This document shows, one piece after another, positions 39,795 through 52,485 of a stretch of DNA of 64,000 nucleotides. The notes beneath the pieces are model-generated. The model did no database searches. It saw only the letters and a list, made by a program, of their open reading frames with translations, and was not told the DNA's origin. The stretch is from assembly GCF_003073045.1 (NCBI RefSeq), contig NC_037594.1, positions 13,173,353-13,237,352 of the forward strand. The letters are read 5' to 3'. Source of the DNA: Pomacea canaliculata (taxonomy: Eukaryota). The position numbers were made by a program, and so were the translations under genes. Every line of letters begins with the position of its first letter. Within the stretch, counting starts at the first letter, position 1.

Positions 39795-39967
39795 TTACGC
39801 CGTGTCAGCAACTAAGGCTATATCACGGCAAGCAGCCAGCCCTGTAAACAGATGCCACGTGCAGAGAAAGAACAACGTGCCCGAGACGAGAAATGAACTC
39901 AGGGCAGCCAACCTTCACTGTATTGGTGACAGGCGCTAACAGCGCTAACCGTTGCGCCACCGGACCG
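39795..39967 (-). mobile_element. tRNA-derived SINE remnant: tRNA-like head (GGTGGCGCAACGGTTAGCGC…GAGTTCATTTCTC) plus the conserved 38-nt motif, followed by a poly-C/G tract.
   Basis: A-box-like TGGCGCAACGGTTAGCGC and a degenerate B-box on the minus strand. Not foldable into a cloverleaf with a 3' acceptor match, so this is a SINE, not a tRNA gene. Confidence 0.45.
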
Positions 39968-42900
39968 CTCTGTAAAGTGGCATAAAAATTTAAAGCGTTA
40001 TAAACAGAAAGGAACTACAAGTGGAACTGCATTTGAATTTCAGTTAGAATTTCTATAGCAGAAAAACTCTGAAATTCTAATTTCAAAAACAATTCCAATA
40101 CATGGGAACTGTAAAGATGTCTATAAACTGTCATTTTAATTCCTTTCTACACAGTGTTAACCAGCTGATTAAAGACTACAGTCACTAGAAATTGCGTAAA
40201 CATGTGTCCATATTTTATTTTGGCAATGTAATTCAATCACAATAAAATGAGGTAGACAGTTCTCCAGGCCTGATTTATCTTCCTGTCATGTTTTTTTTTA
40301 TGACTCATGAAAATTCTTGTCTGCACCTAGCAGAGTCAAAGGTTAAGGTTCATAACTAAAAGATAAAGAAACAATCCAAACAGTCCTATTTTATGACAGG
40401 GCATGTATTAATGTACCGTATACACACACACACAGAGTCAAATATTTAAATCCTTACCCTGAACTGTTTGTAAAATGAAGGGGTGGTTCTTGAGTCCCAT
40501 TGAAGTTGTAAGATCAGGCCAACTCAGTTGAAAATAGCACAGATAGAATGCCCCTCACTACATGCTTTAATGTGAAGCCCGACGCATCACCGAATGGCAT
40601 TCCTGAAAACAGACAAAAATAAATACACATCATTTAAAAAAAAATTGCAGTGGGCAACATTATAATACCTGTTATGACAACTAGTATTTAAAGACACCCC
40701 CCCCCAAAAAAAGACAGCAACAATTCAGGAAGTTTCATACAACCAAGCAAAAGTGGGTACAGAAAATTTACTATCTGCTCTAATCAATGCCACCATAACA
40801 ATGCCTTTATTACTTTTTAGTACTGCAAACATGTCATTAGTTTTATACAATGAATGGTATGGTATGGAAACCTTTAAAGGGAATCAGATAAAAAGATTTG
40901 ACTCCTCCTACTAACAAATCAGAATAAAGCACATACCAAGCATGTCCTTTTTATGGTCTGTCTTCATATCTCCCTCAAGACTCTCTACATCTTCTGCTGA
41001 TTGTTAAGCGAGACTGGAACCCCTCTGGCAGATTTCCCGTGTCATTTGCCTTTCCTGTTCTTGTTCCTCCATCCATGTAAACATCCTTTTAAGGTTGTTT
41101 GTATCATTCTTCATCTCTTCCAGAAGAGACAGTTGTTGCATCCCAACTTTCTCTAGTTTAGTTCAAACCTAAGAACACAATAGCAGAAAACATGTAAAAT
41201 AATGATCTTTTCTAGCTTTGCTATAGTTCACAATGCCTGGAAAATACCATTAATTTTTGGTTAATCTTTACCATTTGTCATATCTATCTGATATGTGATC
41301 CATATTTGTTTCAAATTTTTTCACTATGGCAAAAGGCTGGATTTTCCGCTTCCAGTTTAACTCATAAAAGCACTGTTCATAACTCTTGCCAAGGGTAAGA
41401 AGAAAAAAAAGCTAAAATGATTATAAACAAAATGGCTTTAAATTACCTTCCAAGGGGTTATGGGTCTTTATGCTGGCAGGCTGAAAACCAGACAATGGAA
41501 TCGGAAGGCGCTGGGGTGTGAAGGCAAAGGTGAAACAGTCCTTTTTTGAAAGCTGCTACTTGGGGACACCCTTGAGATGTGCCAACCACTAGTGGCAAAG
41601 AGTATGGCAATGGTGGTGGACATTGCTGCATAACTGAATGGTCAGCATATAGTGATTCCTCGGCATCCTTCTCTCCTTCGCTGTTAGCTGTGCATCCCTG
41701 TGTCAAATGAATACATTTGCATAAACTTTTTTCAGCTTAGTACATTTAAAACTGTCAGCTGCTGATAGGTTGTTAAAATTTTTTTAAAGAACATTTTATT
41801 GTTATTGTACAAAACTTGTTTATCACTGTATGCTATTTTACCAGAAAGAGGACACAGCCTTGTGGTCCCTACATGATGTCCACCAAAAAAAATTCCCTAA
41901 AATTAAGCAGAGGAAATGAAAACAGACCGAAATCTAATCGGAGTTATCCGTATCCTTTTTGGTTGAGTGGGAGCATTTTTGTCATCACTCTCCACCTCCG
42001 ACATTTTTGTCCTTGCAGATTCAGCTAGATTCTTGGTAGTTACCTGCATGGAAATAAATATAGAAGGCAAATAAGATTTCACAAATCAAGATCAAAAGTA
42101 TAATAATAACACACTCTTATAGTGCAGCATCACAACAAAAGCTACACTATCTGTGGTGTAATGACTGTGTTCAAACAGTTCAGGTATTATCTTTTTCTCC
42201 TTCCTTAAATCTGCAGCACATAATAACATAGAAGTCATTTTGACCATTAATGGTCACATGCTTCATAAATTTTCTTTCTGCACAAGGATTATGAATATTA
42301 TGAATCAAAAAGTAAATTGCACTTACTTAATGACTTGTGCAGGAGAACTGGAAGCATAGGACATGAGGAATCAGCTTTATAGCTCTAATTAATGAAGCTT
42401 GCATCTGGTTCAATAGATTGTAGTGGGAAGTTGCACACCCTGTGACCACTTTCATCTTAAAATGCCAGCAGCCAGCTATCTAGAATAACAGTAAAATAAA
42501 TTATTGACCATTATGCAGTTATTATGATTTGTTGTTGAAAAAGACCATTAAAGTTGTCTGAAATGATACTTCCAGTCACAATCAGTTGTCAATGGGCTAT
42601 CTATATAAGTTTTTTTTTGGTTCACCACTGGGAACACAATCCTTATGCTGCTCTTTGACAAATATTCTTAATTAGCTGCTGCAGTGGAAAGTTTGGTGTT
42701 TGAAAAAGTCGTTTAAGCTAGCCTAAAAAAATATAAAATTGAGAGGCAGAGTTAAGAGTCCAAAGGACCAAATCTGTCAACATTATCAGCAATATGTGAC
42801 AAAGCAAGTACATTTTACACCAAAATCCTTTACCATACAAACACTGCTTCTTGAACAAATAAACATGAAAAGGTTATGAGCCTAATAATCAGCATAGTTC

Positions 42901-45900
42901 ACACACAGCCCAGGACTTGCAAGACAAAACAAAAAACAAACCCACAATAAATAAGAGAAAAAAATATTATACTGCCCGAAGAAACCTGGCATTTTAACGC
43001 TATCGTACCAGTAAACAGACGGAACTGTCGAAGCTCTGTTACGTTCCACTTTCGTAATCGCAATTTGAGGAAATTCTGACAGCTCCAAATTCTCTCCATT
43101 GCTAACGGCTAAAGAATTATCAAATGCAAGCGTTCAGAACTGCTGAGCACGATTTCTACCTCTGTCTGGAAAACTTGTGCATTTATTGCGTTAATGTGTA
43201 CTCTTAATCTTTTTTCTCTTAGAATGATATTCTGCATTAAATTTGGACATTTCTGTAGTTAAAATCTCAATAACTATGTTAATATAGAGTATACAAATTA
43301 TACGTACTGTTATCGAAGCGTCGAACACATGTATCAGTATAGAAATTGACCGCTTGAGAAGCTTTTCTGTTGGGAAAAGTGTAGACTCACACATTTGAAA
43401 ATGGCGGCTTTGCCTGCACGCATGTGGTCGTATGTAGCACGCTATGGCGAAGAGTCATTGCCATTGTTAGGGGTCATGACCCTATATGTGGGCATGATCT
43501 CCCGCACTCTGTTTTCGCCTCGGCGAGCGTGGAGCTTGGCTTATGTGCGCATGCGCTGACAGCGCCATGCAAGACGAGTCAAGCATTGCGATAGATTGAC
43601 CCCCTGTATCACAGTCGGATCAAGACAAACTTGGTGGACCCCTTGAGCTTATGGTTTCCGATGCTGCTAGGGTAATTTCTGTTGCTGTTTCCCCCTTCTC
43701 AGATTGCCTTATGATATCCACTTTCACCTCCATGGTGATGGCCTTCCTTTTCTATGATGCACTGACCTCGTAAGTCGGAATGAGCGTCGTAACCACGAAA
43801 CGACGTAACTCGAGACCGTCGTAACCCGAGGACTACCTGTATATGCTCTTTTCCTCTAATAACTTTACTTGATGAAGAAGACATCAGTCTTACTGCAGCG
43901 ATCATACATCCTTATTAACTAATGATTGATCAAAAAACAATGTTAGATCTGGTGGCAAACCTACAGTTAGTGCTTTTGTTTGAAATTACTTAAATATTTC
44001 AAATGATGGACAAAATCACAGACCTAGAGTGTTGTTGATGTACTGTAGCAAAAGCCATCCTGTTCTTGTTTTTGTTGGAGGGTTCACTGCAACTTAAGGT
44101 GGCTGTTGCAAACAACTTTTGTGTTTTTTTAATTTTAGCTTCTGAAGACACTAAGTCTATTGCTGTAACTTTTTAAAATTCAGGGTCAAGTGTTTTTGAT
44201 CTTGGGAATATGCAGGCAAGTCAGTTGGAGTTACCTTCTAACACTGGGTGAAAGGTTCTATGCAAAATAGAATGACCCTATATGACTGCAGGCCTCAGCA
44301 AATCCTGCGATGCATGTGCAGTGGTTATACTGGATAGATCCGTCATTTACAATTATAATCTATGGTTCCAGAGGTTTCTTTGAAATGCGCATTGAGTTTC
44401 CTGGAAATAAAAATGATTCACATTCATGAGTGATGATTTCATGCTCTGTATAAGTCAGTAGTCAACCATAAATAAAATCCTATAACAGATATGTCATAGA
44501 TCATTTACAAGGCTTCTTGGTACAGTCTTTACTTTTACTGTGACTAGAATTAATATGTACAGTTAACTTGCAGCTTACATTACAAACTCATTTTATGTGA
44601 TTTCTTAGTACTTGTATCTTTTCTGCATTTTTCTTGATGGTTGTGTTCATCAGTTGGAATCTTTAAATGCCAGTCTCAAGTGATCATCAGTATTTTCATT
44701 TTTGTTTTACAACATATGCATTTACATAACAGCTGCAGCTAGACACTAATGCCTATAATATTCATGAAATGACACAGGAAATAATATTGTTAATTTTTTT
44801 CACCTTGGCTTTTATAAGATGAAGACTATTGATTTCAACATGGACTATGTCTGATCCAGACATCTTGAAAAAAATCATAAACCTTGATCTAAAGATTTAT
44901 AACAACAAAAACTTAAACTCAACAACAAGCAAAACACTCAACACACTTCATCGTTTCACACATGCTTACCAGTTTTTCTCAAGTTAAGTCAAATCACATT
45001 TAACATTTTCTATAGATAAAATGGCTGAAGCATTCAAATACTTTTTAAAGCTTTAAAGAGTTCAATTCGATTGTTCATATTTTTAAAATTTGGCGCTGAG
45101 AAGTATTCCCAGTCCTAAAACATTTTTCTCTTTCTCTTTTGCCGTGTGTGTGCACATGCCCGTGATAAAGCATGCATGCATTTCTTGAACGCTCTCTGTA
45201 GAAGAGTGTGATTTGCATACAGTATTGATGTTTTGGCCCAATATTGCATAGGGTATACTTTTGCTTTTGGAGACCTGACTTTACAAACACGTGAAGCAGC
45301 CACACTTATCCAAAGCAACAGGTTTTATCTGGGGGATAATGTCATGGCATGTGAAAAAGCACCATGGCAATTTATTATATCCATGGATTTTGTTTAATGT
45401 AGATTATTATACATAACACATAAAAGATTAACTATTAGTTTGTAGTTGAATAATTATGCTTTGAACTTCTTAGAGGCTTATCTAGTGATAGTTGCAGAGT
45501 TTTGTATACTAAAGACACATTACACAACATCAGTAATTAAAGATAGAACTAGTATATATAAACCAGATCATTTGAAAATGATTGTAAGTACACATTGTCA
45601 TTATGACTGAGTGATACCTGCAACAATCCCATTTATTGTATTTGTGAGACTTTATTTGACTGAACAATTTCATTTTCCCTCCTATGATCAATAGCCCTTC
45701 ATTTTTTTTCATCCTTTTAACAAGTTTTAAGGATTTCTGTCACAGCAAGACAAACTGATCTATGTGGTCTTTATATTCCCCTTCATTAATCACCCAATCA
45801 TATCAAAAAACTTTTGGGAGTGTTGTCATTCATTTATGAGCTGCTACTAATCAATATATAAAGTAGAAAACAAGACAATAACATTTATAGTGGTTTCTTG

Positions 45901-47136
45901 CGATAACAGTTTAATTTGTTCCATGACTGAGCTCGTAACTCGATTAAGCTCATATCTCAAATGAATTATTCCCATATAAAATAACTGAAATAGAATTAAT
46001 CTGAGAAAAATCCCCAAAGTATCATAAATTTGGGGGAAAGTACATGTTTTAATGCAAAAACATGCACATATACATATTACTAATAAAGAAAAATACACTA
46101 TCTGAAATAGAACTATAATTGTTATTTAGTACTGTAGTCTTTCCTTGGGGACAGATGAGTACGACTAACGGAGGCATTTGTACACAATGCAAAGGTCAGA
46201 CAGTTCATGATTTTATGGCCTGGCATCTTCTCTACGGTGATGATAGCCCTCTCGGATCTCAAACAGGAAATTTGGCCCAAGTTGCAGCACGTATCTCAAG
46301 ATACTCGTATGCCGAGCAGCTCGTATCTTGAAGTACCACGGTATTGTATTCAGAGAAAACTGGGTCACTCAGAATGGGAGATATCAAGATCAGTGCGACA
46401 AAATGCAGTAGTGTGATAGGCTTATTTCCACCTTTACATGGGGTAGGGTGGTGTAGGTGAAGCCACATCCCATTATGAGTGCAGCAATGCAGAGCAGACT
46501 CCATTCCATTTCCTGCAGGACTACCTTATCCATAAAGCAAGATGCCAGGAGTTGCGAGTGTGGGTTGGATCTTCATACCCAACAGCAAACATCTTGGGGG
46601 ACACCAAACATCCTCTGCCAAACTGTCAGTTTTATATTGTTTCCTAAGGATTTAGCTGCGTACCAGTCTAACAAAGAAAAATAAATTTTCCAGTAGCGGT
46701 AACCCTGTGAAAGTGTAAATAGCACCGTAGAGGATATACCTGCTTTGTACTTTGCTGCATGTGATTTCCTGGTGTTGTTAACATCAGTGTTGCTCTATAA
46801 TCTAATGAAAACATGATATAGCAGAAAATGGTTCATTTACAGTTGATGGCTTTATTTTCAAGTTCCTGTCCTTTCATGCTTGTGTATTCAAAATATTTGA
46901 AAATGTTCAAAGCACTAGAAAAATCCTCAACACAATATTGACAACTGCAGAACCCTCTTCTAAATAATAAACGATGTGACACATATGCTCTACTTTCTTT
47001 GTGTTTACGCAGACTGTATGAACTCTAAACTCAAGACAGAGCAAGTCTCTCAAAACCCTTATAGTTATTCATAAAAAAATTGCATTAAAAATAGGTAAAA
47101 TATATTGTTTATTTATTGAAAATCATGTCTTTTCAG

Positions 47137-47343
47137 AGATGCTGGCACACTGGATCCAAGAAGCAGATAATGGCTCAGAAGACTATCAAGCTAAACTTGG
47201 TGTTCACTTCTTGTCACTAGCAGATGCAGGAGTAAACAGGGAAGAGAATGCATCACAGGCTATTCACTGGCTGGTGCTTGCCTCACGTCAGGGTAATAAA
47301 GATGCTACTGCAAATCTGCAGAAATGTGCAGAAACTGGAACAG
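47137..47343 (+). CDS. WFS1: Wolframin (WFS1), Sel1-like repeat exon (…WIQEADNGSEDYQAKLGVHFLSLADAGVNREENASQAIHWLVLASRQGNKDATANLQKCAETGT-).
   Basis: Aligns to human WFS1 [54 protein letters not shown]. Acceptor ttttcag| at 47136, donor CAG|gtgagac at 47344. Confidence 0.75.
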
Positions 47344-47828
47344 GTGAGACATGGCTGTAGTAATCATCATTTAGCTTTGGTATCTTTTGGTAGTATTTCT
47401 CATTTTTCTCTTAAACACAGTTTTCTATTATTCTTGTTGGAAAATCGATTTCTCCATTGTTACATTTGTTGATGATAATTCTGCTTTGGATTATTAAAAA
47501 TTTACAGAAGAGAGTAAGCAAACCCTTAACTCCTCCCATACAGTTTGCACCCACAAATGCGAACGTCTGTATAGCTATAGCTGAATTATGTCGATACACC
47601 TGTATTGAATGAGTTGAAATTAATACGTTCTTTTCATATATATGACTGATCTTTAAAGTACACATATACACATTGTATGTGGTGTGAATGCAGATGTGTG
47701 AGAAATGAAGCAAGGGAGTGAGATGTGAAAGACCGAGCATGATTAGATAGAAGAGAGGAATGTTAGATTTTTATTCTTTGTGGCTTGAAGTTGTGCCCTA
47801 ACACAGAGTGACAGTATTTCTGATATAG

Positions 47829-48029
47829 GAATTACTGAAAGCAATAAAGACAGCGTGAAATGGTGTTTGACGACATCTGTGTCGGAAAAGAAAATTCGTC
47901 AAGCAGCTCGTAATCTGTTCCATCAAATAAACAAAACCCACAAAGACGTCATTTCTCGTGAGGAGTACTTGGAGGCCATCAGTGGCTTAACAGATAGCAT
48001 CAGACAACAGAAACTCTTGGCTGCTGCAG
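47829..48029 (+). CDS. WFS1: WFS1 exon (GITESNKDSVKWCLTTSVSEKKIRQAARNLFHQINKTHKDVISREEYLEAISGLTDSIRQQKLLAAA-).
   Basis: Human [30 protein letters not shown]. Acceptor tgatatag| at 47828, donor GCA G|gtaattt at 48030. The rest of ORF 47855-48184 past this donor is intronic repeat sequence. Confidence 0.7.
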
Positions 48030-48111
48030 GTAATTTCATGTTAATACTGTCTTTCTGGCACATTATTGAATGTAAAAGCATTTTAATGAATACGACAGAT
48101 GCTTTTAATTA

Positions 48112-48495
48112 TAATGATGATGATTTGCATAGGGCCTTCCAAAAATTTGCTCACAGATCTTTGCATAAATTATTCATAGACTAAATCCGTCAATAGCCAT
48201 GCACCCATATTCGCATATAACAGACTTGCGCACTTCTACAACATTCACAAAGTAAATTATACACACACATTATGCAGGCTTATGCTCAGGGGAGGGTCAA
48301 TGAAGTTGGCGTTCTGAAAAGATGCATCTTAAGGGGATAAAAGAATCAGAGTGTTGAAGGCTGATTGGTAATCCGTTCCAAGTTGATGGGGCCTGGTAGG
48401 AGAAAGACCTCTGTCCATATATCTTTGTCTTAAGTTAGTGGGATTCGCAGTGGTGTCAGAAAATGATTGAAGAAGTCATGCTGACGTATAAACAA
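48112..48495 (+). repeat. Dispersed repeat (~385 bp) within a WFS1 intron; second copy at 56713-57058 (about 90% identical, with deletions).
   Basis: aatgatgatgatttgcatagggccttccaaa…gtcagaaaatgattgaagaagtcatgctgacgtata matches 56713-57058 base for base apart from two gaps. Flanks diverge immediately. Confidence 0.7.
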
Positions 48496-48613
48496 TGATA
48501 CCACTGTGACTTAAAATACAGATTTTACTAAAACTTGCCCACTTTTGGGAATTCAAATTACATCATATGTGCTCCTCAGCACGTCAAAAATTCATTTTGG
48601 TTTTATATCCTAG

Positions 48614-48753
48614 GCAAGAAAATTGGAGACCAGATCAGTGAAAATGAATTTATGAAGATGCTGTCAAGGAGAGTACAAGGAAAACTAACTCTAACATCCG
48701 AGGAGATGGATGAGGCATCTGCTGCTTACCAGTCAGCTGGATTACTCACGAAG
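48614..48753 (+). CDS. WFS1: WFS1 exon (GKKIGDQISENEFMKMLSRRVQGKLTLTSEEMDEASAAYQSAGLLTK).
   Basis: Acceptor tatcctag| at 48613 with 1-nt carry, donor AAG|gtgaaa at 48754, phase 0 into the terminal exon. Confidence 0.65.
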
Positions 48754-49063
48754 GTGAAATTACAATGGATGAAAATTTATTTCTTGAGCAGCAATGTAAA
48801 ATGCTGAGGTGTTTACCATGTATCTCATCATACTTTTTTAAGACTAAGGAGCTGAAAGAATGTGAGAAAACCATTTGCAGAATTTTGGTTAACCTGATAT
48901 CATTGGCAAATTTCCTCAGCACAATGTTAAACATAGCAGAGAAATGATAGGTTTTTCTCTTGCATGGCAGAAAATGAAAAATGTACTGTCTTTTTGAAGG
49001 ATTGTGCAAACAGCAAATAGTGTTGAAAATTTGATAATAAAAAAAAGTTTTTGGGTTTTGCAG

Positions 49064-50818
49064 ATGTTTGTTTACCCACGCCAGACAGCTACAGTCATTT
49101 TTGACCAGAGCCTTGAGTGGGCATCTAAAGAAGGACTTGGCTTCGTCACCTCTATGGTGCCTACCAACCAAATATATATTCTGGCCATGCTGTTTGCCTA
49201 CAGTTTCCTCACACCTGCCTTCATCTTGCTGATTGTTCCATTATTTGTCTTCTATTTGTCATCTATTGCCCTCATTATAGCCACTCTTCAGATGTTCTAC
49301 AAGAAGAAAAAACAAAAGGATGCTGCAGATCTGGCATCAGTATTGCAGAAATTTGATGTTAACATCGACTTGGAAGACACACAGTCTCAGTACTCATGGA
49401 ACTCATTGACACCTTATTGGGTCTTTTTTGGAATTCTTCCCATCGTAGTGATCAGTTTTGCTCTGTCGAATAAAGCCTACATACCTTGTTCAGAATTCTT
49501 TGTTATTGGGACGGGTATGGCAATATTCTGTTTTATTGGTCTGAGTGATGAGTATGACAAACTCACATTTCTCCTTTTGTTTGCCAACACAGTTGCCTCC
49601 CTGCCTGTATTTTTTCACAATTTTCCTGACATTCTGCTGGTTGCCAGAGTGATTCAAATTCTCACTCAGCCCTTCTTCAGCTTTAGTTTGGGTCCATGGA
49701 TGAAGTTCAACTTAAGTATCCCATCAGTCTTCTACATGGTTATTCCAGTGTTCTTTCTTCGTCTGGCAATGAAAAATTCCTGGAGTGGTATGTACAGAAT
49801 AGTGGTGCCTCATTTAGTTTGTTATTTTTGGTGGAATGTCATGACAGCCTTTTACCCCTTTACAACATGGAAAGGACTAGCAAGAGCTACTGCTGGATAT
49901 CTCCTACTGCCCTTTCTTCTGCCTCTTGGTGTCCTTGTGGTCTTTGGGTTGATTTTATACCTGCTATACCTTCTGTTTCAAACCCAAGTCTTTGGTAAGC
50001 TGTTTGTTACAATAATATTGCTGTCCATCCCATTACTTTTGACTCAGACTAAATCAATTTTTGGTAACAAAGCTAACAAGTCATTAGGTAGTGCCAGGAA
50101 AGTCATCATGGGCATATTTTCTGCCCTTGCTATAGTCTCCATGATATTTATACAAATTCCTCAGCTTACACCCCCAAAAACATTAGAGTTGTCTTGGGAA
50201 GATTACAAGCTTGTTTGTGTGCCTACTTCCTCTGAAAATGTGCCTGCTTATCAGATTCGTTGTGCACAATTTTCTGGCACAAAAGTCACGTGGAAAGGAA
50301 AATGGATGTGGTCCAAGATCTCTAAAATTGAGAACACAGCAGAAAGCGTTCTCAATGCTCTCCCTAGCTTCATCTCCAGACCATTGTATTGCATTTATGG
50401 AGAAAGAAGACCAGACTGTGACGAGACTTCAATGCCCAAGGATACCTTCCGACATTGCAAGCTTATTGAGTCAGCAGGCCAGTCATGTCATGTGCAAAAT
50501 CACAATGTGTACAGTTTCCAAATAGGAGTTAACATTGAAAATGCCACAGTTTTTCTTGAAGCAGGTAATGGATTTCTGTCTGTAGTAATGGCAATGAAGA
50601 ATGAAAATGAAGTAGAGTTCACAGGGTCCCTTGTTGGTGGACTAGGGACGTCAACTCCATCTATAAAACTTATTAAAGTACTGAATCGTGAAATGGCAGA
50701 AATAATGAACAATGAACAAGAGGAGGATGAGCAATTCTATACCAGGAGCTTCAAAGATGCTGCTAGGGTCACATTTAACTTTTTCTTTTTCCCAGTGTTT
50801 GAATATTCTGCATTTTAA
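49064..50818 (+). CDS. WFS1: WFS1 terminal exon: about 9 transmembrane helices plus the C-terminal ER-luminal domain, ending …ARVTFNFFFFPVFEYSAF*.
   Basis: 585 codons. Hydrophobic segments spaced like human wolframin. N-terminus FVYPRQTATVIFDQSLEWASKEGLGFVTSMVP vs human [32 protein letters not shown]. C-terminus vs human …VKFAFDFFFFPFLSAA. Acceptor ttttgcag| at 49063. Stop TAA at 50816-50818. Confidence 0.85.
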   Translation: MFVYPRQTATVIFDQSLEWASKEGLGFVTSMVPTNQIYILAMLFAYSFLTPAFILLIVPLFVFYLSSIALIIATLQMFYKKKKQKDAADLASVLQKFDVNIDLEDTQSQYSWNSLTPYWVFFGILPIVVISFALSNKAYIPCSEFFVIGTGMAIFCFIGLSDEYDKLTFLLLFANTVASLPVFFHNFPDILLVARVIQILTQPFFSFSLGPWMKFNLSIPSVFYMVIPVFFLRLAMKNSWSGMYRIVVPHLVCYFWWNVMTAFYPFTTWKGLARATAGYLLLPFLLPLGVLVVFGLILYLLYLLFQTQVFGKLFVTIILLSIPLLLTQTKSIFGNKANKSLGSARKVIMGIFSALAIVSMIFIQIPQLTPPKTLELSWEDYKLVCVPTSSENVPAYQIRCAQFSGTKVTWKGKWMWSKISKIENTAESVLNALPSFISRPLYCIYGERRPDCDETSMPKDTFRHCKLIESAGQSCHVQNHNVYSFQIGVNIENATVFLEAGNGFLSVVMAMKNENEVEFTGSLVGGLGTSTPSIKLIKVLNREMAEIMNNEQEEDEQFYTRSFKDAARVTFNFFFFPVFEYSAF

Positions 50819-52022
50819 ATGATTTTTAATTTTCAGTGGTGCTGCTGCTTTGTAAAGCTAGCCTGTTTCAGAGAGAGCCAATTTAGTGTTTGCGTTTCCA
50901 CTAAATGGCTTTATTATTCCTTTGATGCTAAAGGGTGTTTGAATTTTGCTGTGGGTAGAATAAGATTACTTTTTATATTATTGGTTGAACATCTGATTGT
51001 TGGAGGAAATTTTCAGGTTTAATGCATCACAATTAGAGTTGTGTAAAAATCTCATAGATTTTACCATATTGTTACAGCATATAGATCTGAACAATGAAGT
51101 ATTTGTTTAAATCTTTATACATTGTGATGTGATGCATACTGGAGCATGTAAATATTTTAAAAAGTTTTCTTCTCTCCATCAGACAAATTAAATAAATTTG
51201 CAAGGAAAGAATGAAATAAAGCATTTTTTACTTGTAACACTATACATACATTTTAAAAATCAGCAATAGAAGCTTAAATTTTGATGTGTTAATGCATCTT
51301 TTATTTAATTACTTACATCAGTAGGAAAAAAAAAAACAGGAGTAATTTTTTCTCACATAACTTTCCTGTTAAGACTGTGAAAAGTATAGCTTTGACTGTG
51401 CTGTTGATCTTCTTTGCATATCAAAAAGTTTAAGAAATGTTTTGAATAAGCACGACGATCAGATTAGGTGCTGAAGCCTGGGGACCTTTCCTCCGGCATC
51501 AAGGATGTAATCATGCTTTGACTTTGCAACTTAAAATATTTTTTGAAAAAGTACACACAGCAAATATAGCCTTTTTTGAAAGAATATGCTCATTCTGGCA
51601 GATTAAAGTTTCATTAATAAAGGTGTTATGTTTTGATTCCAAAAACTAACATACTAGGAGCAATTTAAAAATAAGGATATCTGGCCTTTTGACAAATCTT
51701 TTCTTTACAACACAAAATGGGACTGGAATGTCAGATCCAGAACTGGGGTACAAATAAAGGCTGCTCAAAGCACTGTCTTGCCATCAACCTAAGCAGTTTA
51801 AATTTACCTTCTGTAAATGTGAGCGATCATAAGTAGTAAAATAGTATCCACTAAAACATGGTAAATGACACAAATAGAAAAGTTTAAAACACACTGCAGA
51901 CACCACCAAAAACAAGGCAAAGCGTTAACAGGCTTGTTTTAATAAAATCTCCTCTTCCAAAATGAGAAAAATGCATGGTCTGAATTAAAAAAAAAACAAC
52001 AACAAAAACCCCCCCCAAACAT

Positions 52023-52148
52023 TCAGTATGGCAATGGTAGTTCTTTAACTCCAGCAACACACTCATCAAAGTAATCCTTATAATCTGTATGTGTCTTCAC
52101 TAGCACCATGCAAGTTGGTCGTTTTGATCCACATGCTGATCCCAGATC
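52023..52148 (-). CDS. NHP2: NHP2 (H/ACA snoRNP protein 2) exon 4 (DLGSACGSKRPTCMVLVKTHTDYKDYFDECVAGVKELPLPY*).
   Basis: Human …TDLGAAAGSKRPTCVIMVKPHEEYQEAYDECLEEVQSLPLPL. Acceptor cttgcag| at 52149, stop TGA at 52023-52025. Confidence 0.8.
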   Translation of the reverse strand, partial: DLGSACGSKRPTCMVLVKTHTDYKDYFDECVAGVKELPLPY

Positions 52149-52485
52149 CTGCAAGCATAAAATGGATGTTTACGGCTGGGTTTGCAAAGTACTCAAGAAA
52201 CTACCACACAATAGTTTCTTTAGACCTGTTTTGGCTTAACAAGCAAAAACAAACTGTAATTTACGCAATAATAAAAAATTGTGGAGAAACAGATTTATCG
52301 TGTCTTAATATGCAAAAATCAATAAACAAAGGTGCAGTGGATGACAAATAATATGACCAAATATACAGCTGACAGACAAGAATGGTCTATGAACATAAAT
52401 TCTGACCTCTTGTATTTCTTTAATCTCTTATGCAGAAATCCACAGGTCTAAAGAATTAAAAAATAGGAACCTTGTAATTACTCAC

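Larger units (their letters stand above)
37935..43840. mobile_element. Large (5.9 kb) non-autonomous TIR element. Termini ACAGGTAGTCCTCG…, subterminal TTACGACG/CGTCGTAA repeats, internal AT-rich tandem array, no transposase ORF.
   Basis: 37935 acaggtagtcctcgacttacgacgg… vs 43840 reverse complement acaggtagtcctcgggttacgacgg…. Several cgtcgtaa[ac]c copies within 100 bp of each end. Confidence 0.55.

Noticed and set aside
39860-39967. Possible tRNA gene (GGTGGCGCAACGGTTAGCGC… with a B-box-like GAGTTCATTTCTC) on the minus strand.
   Set aside because: It cannot be folded into a cloverleaf with an acceptor stem matching the 5' end. It is followed by SINE body sequence and a homopolymer, so it is a tRNA-derived SINE head.
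47855-48184. 109-aa ORF extending the WFS1 exon to 48184.
   Set aside because: The consensus donor is at 48029/48030. The downstream part (…AFNYNDDDLHRAFQKFAHRSLHKLFID) is encoded by the dispersed repeat also present at 56713, so it is intronic read-through.
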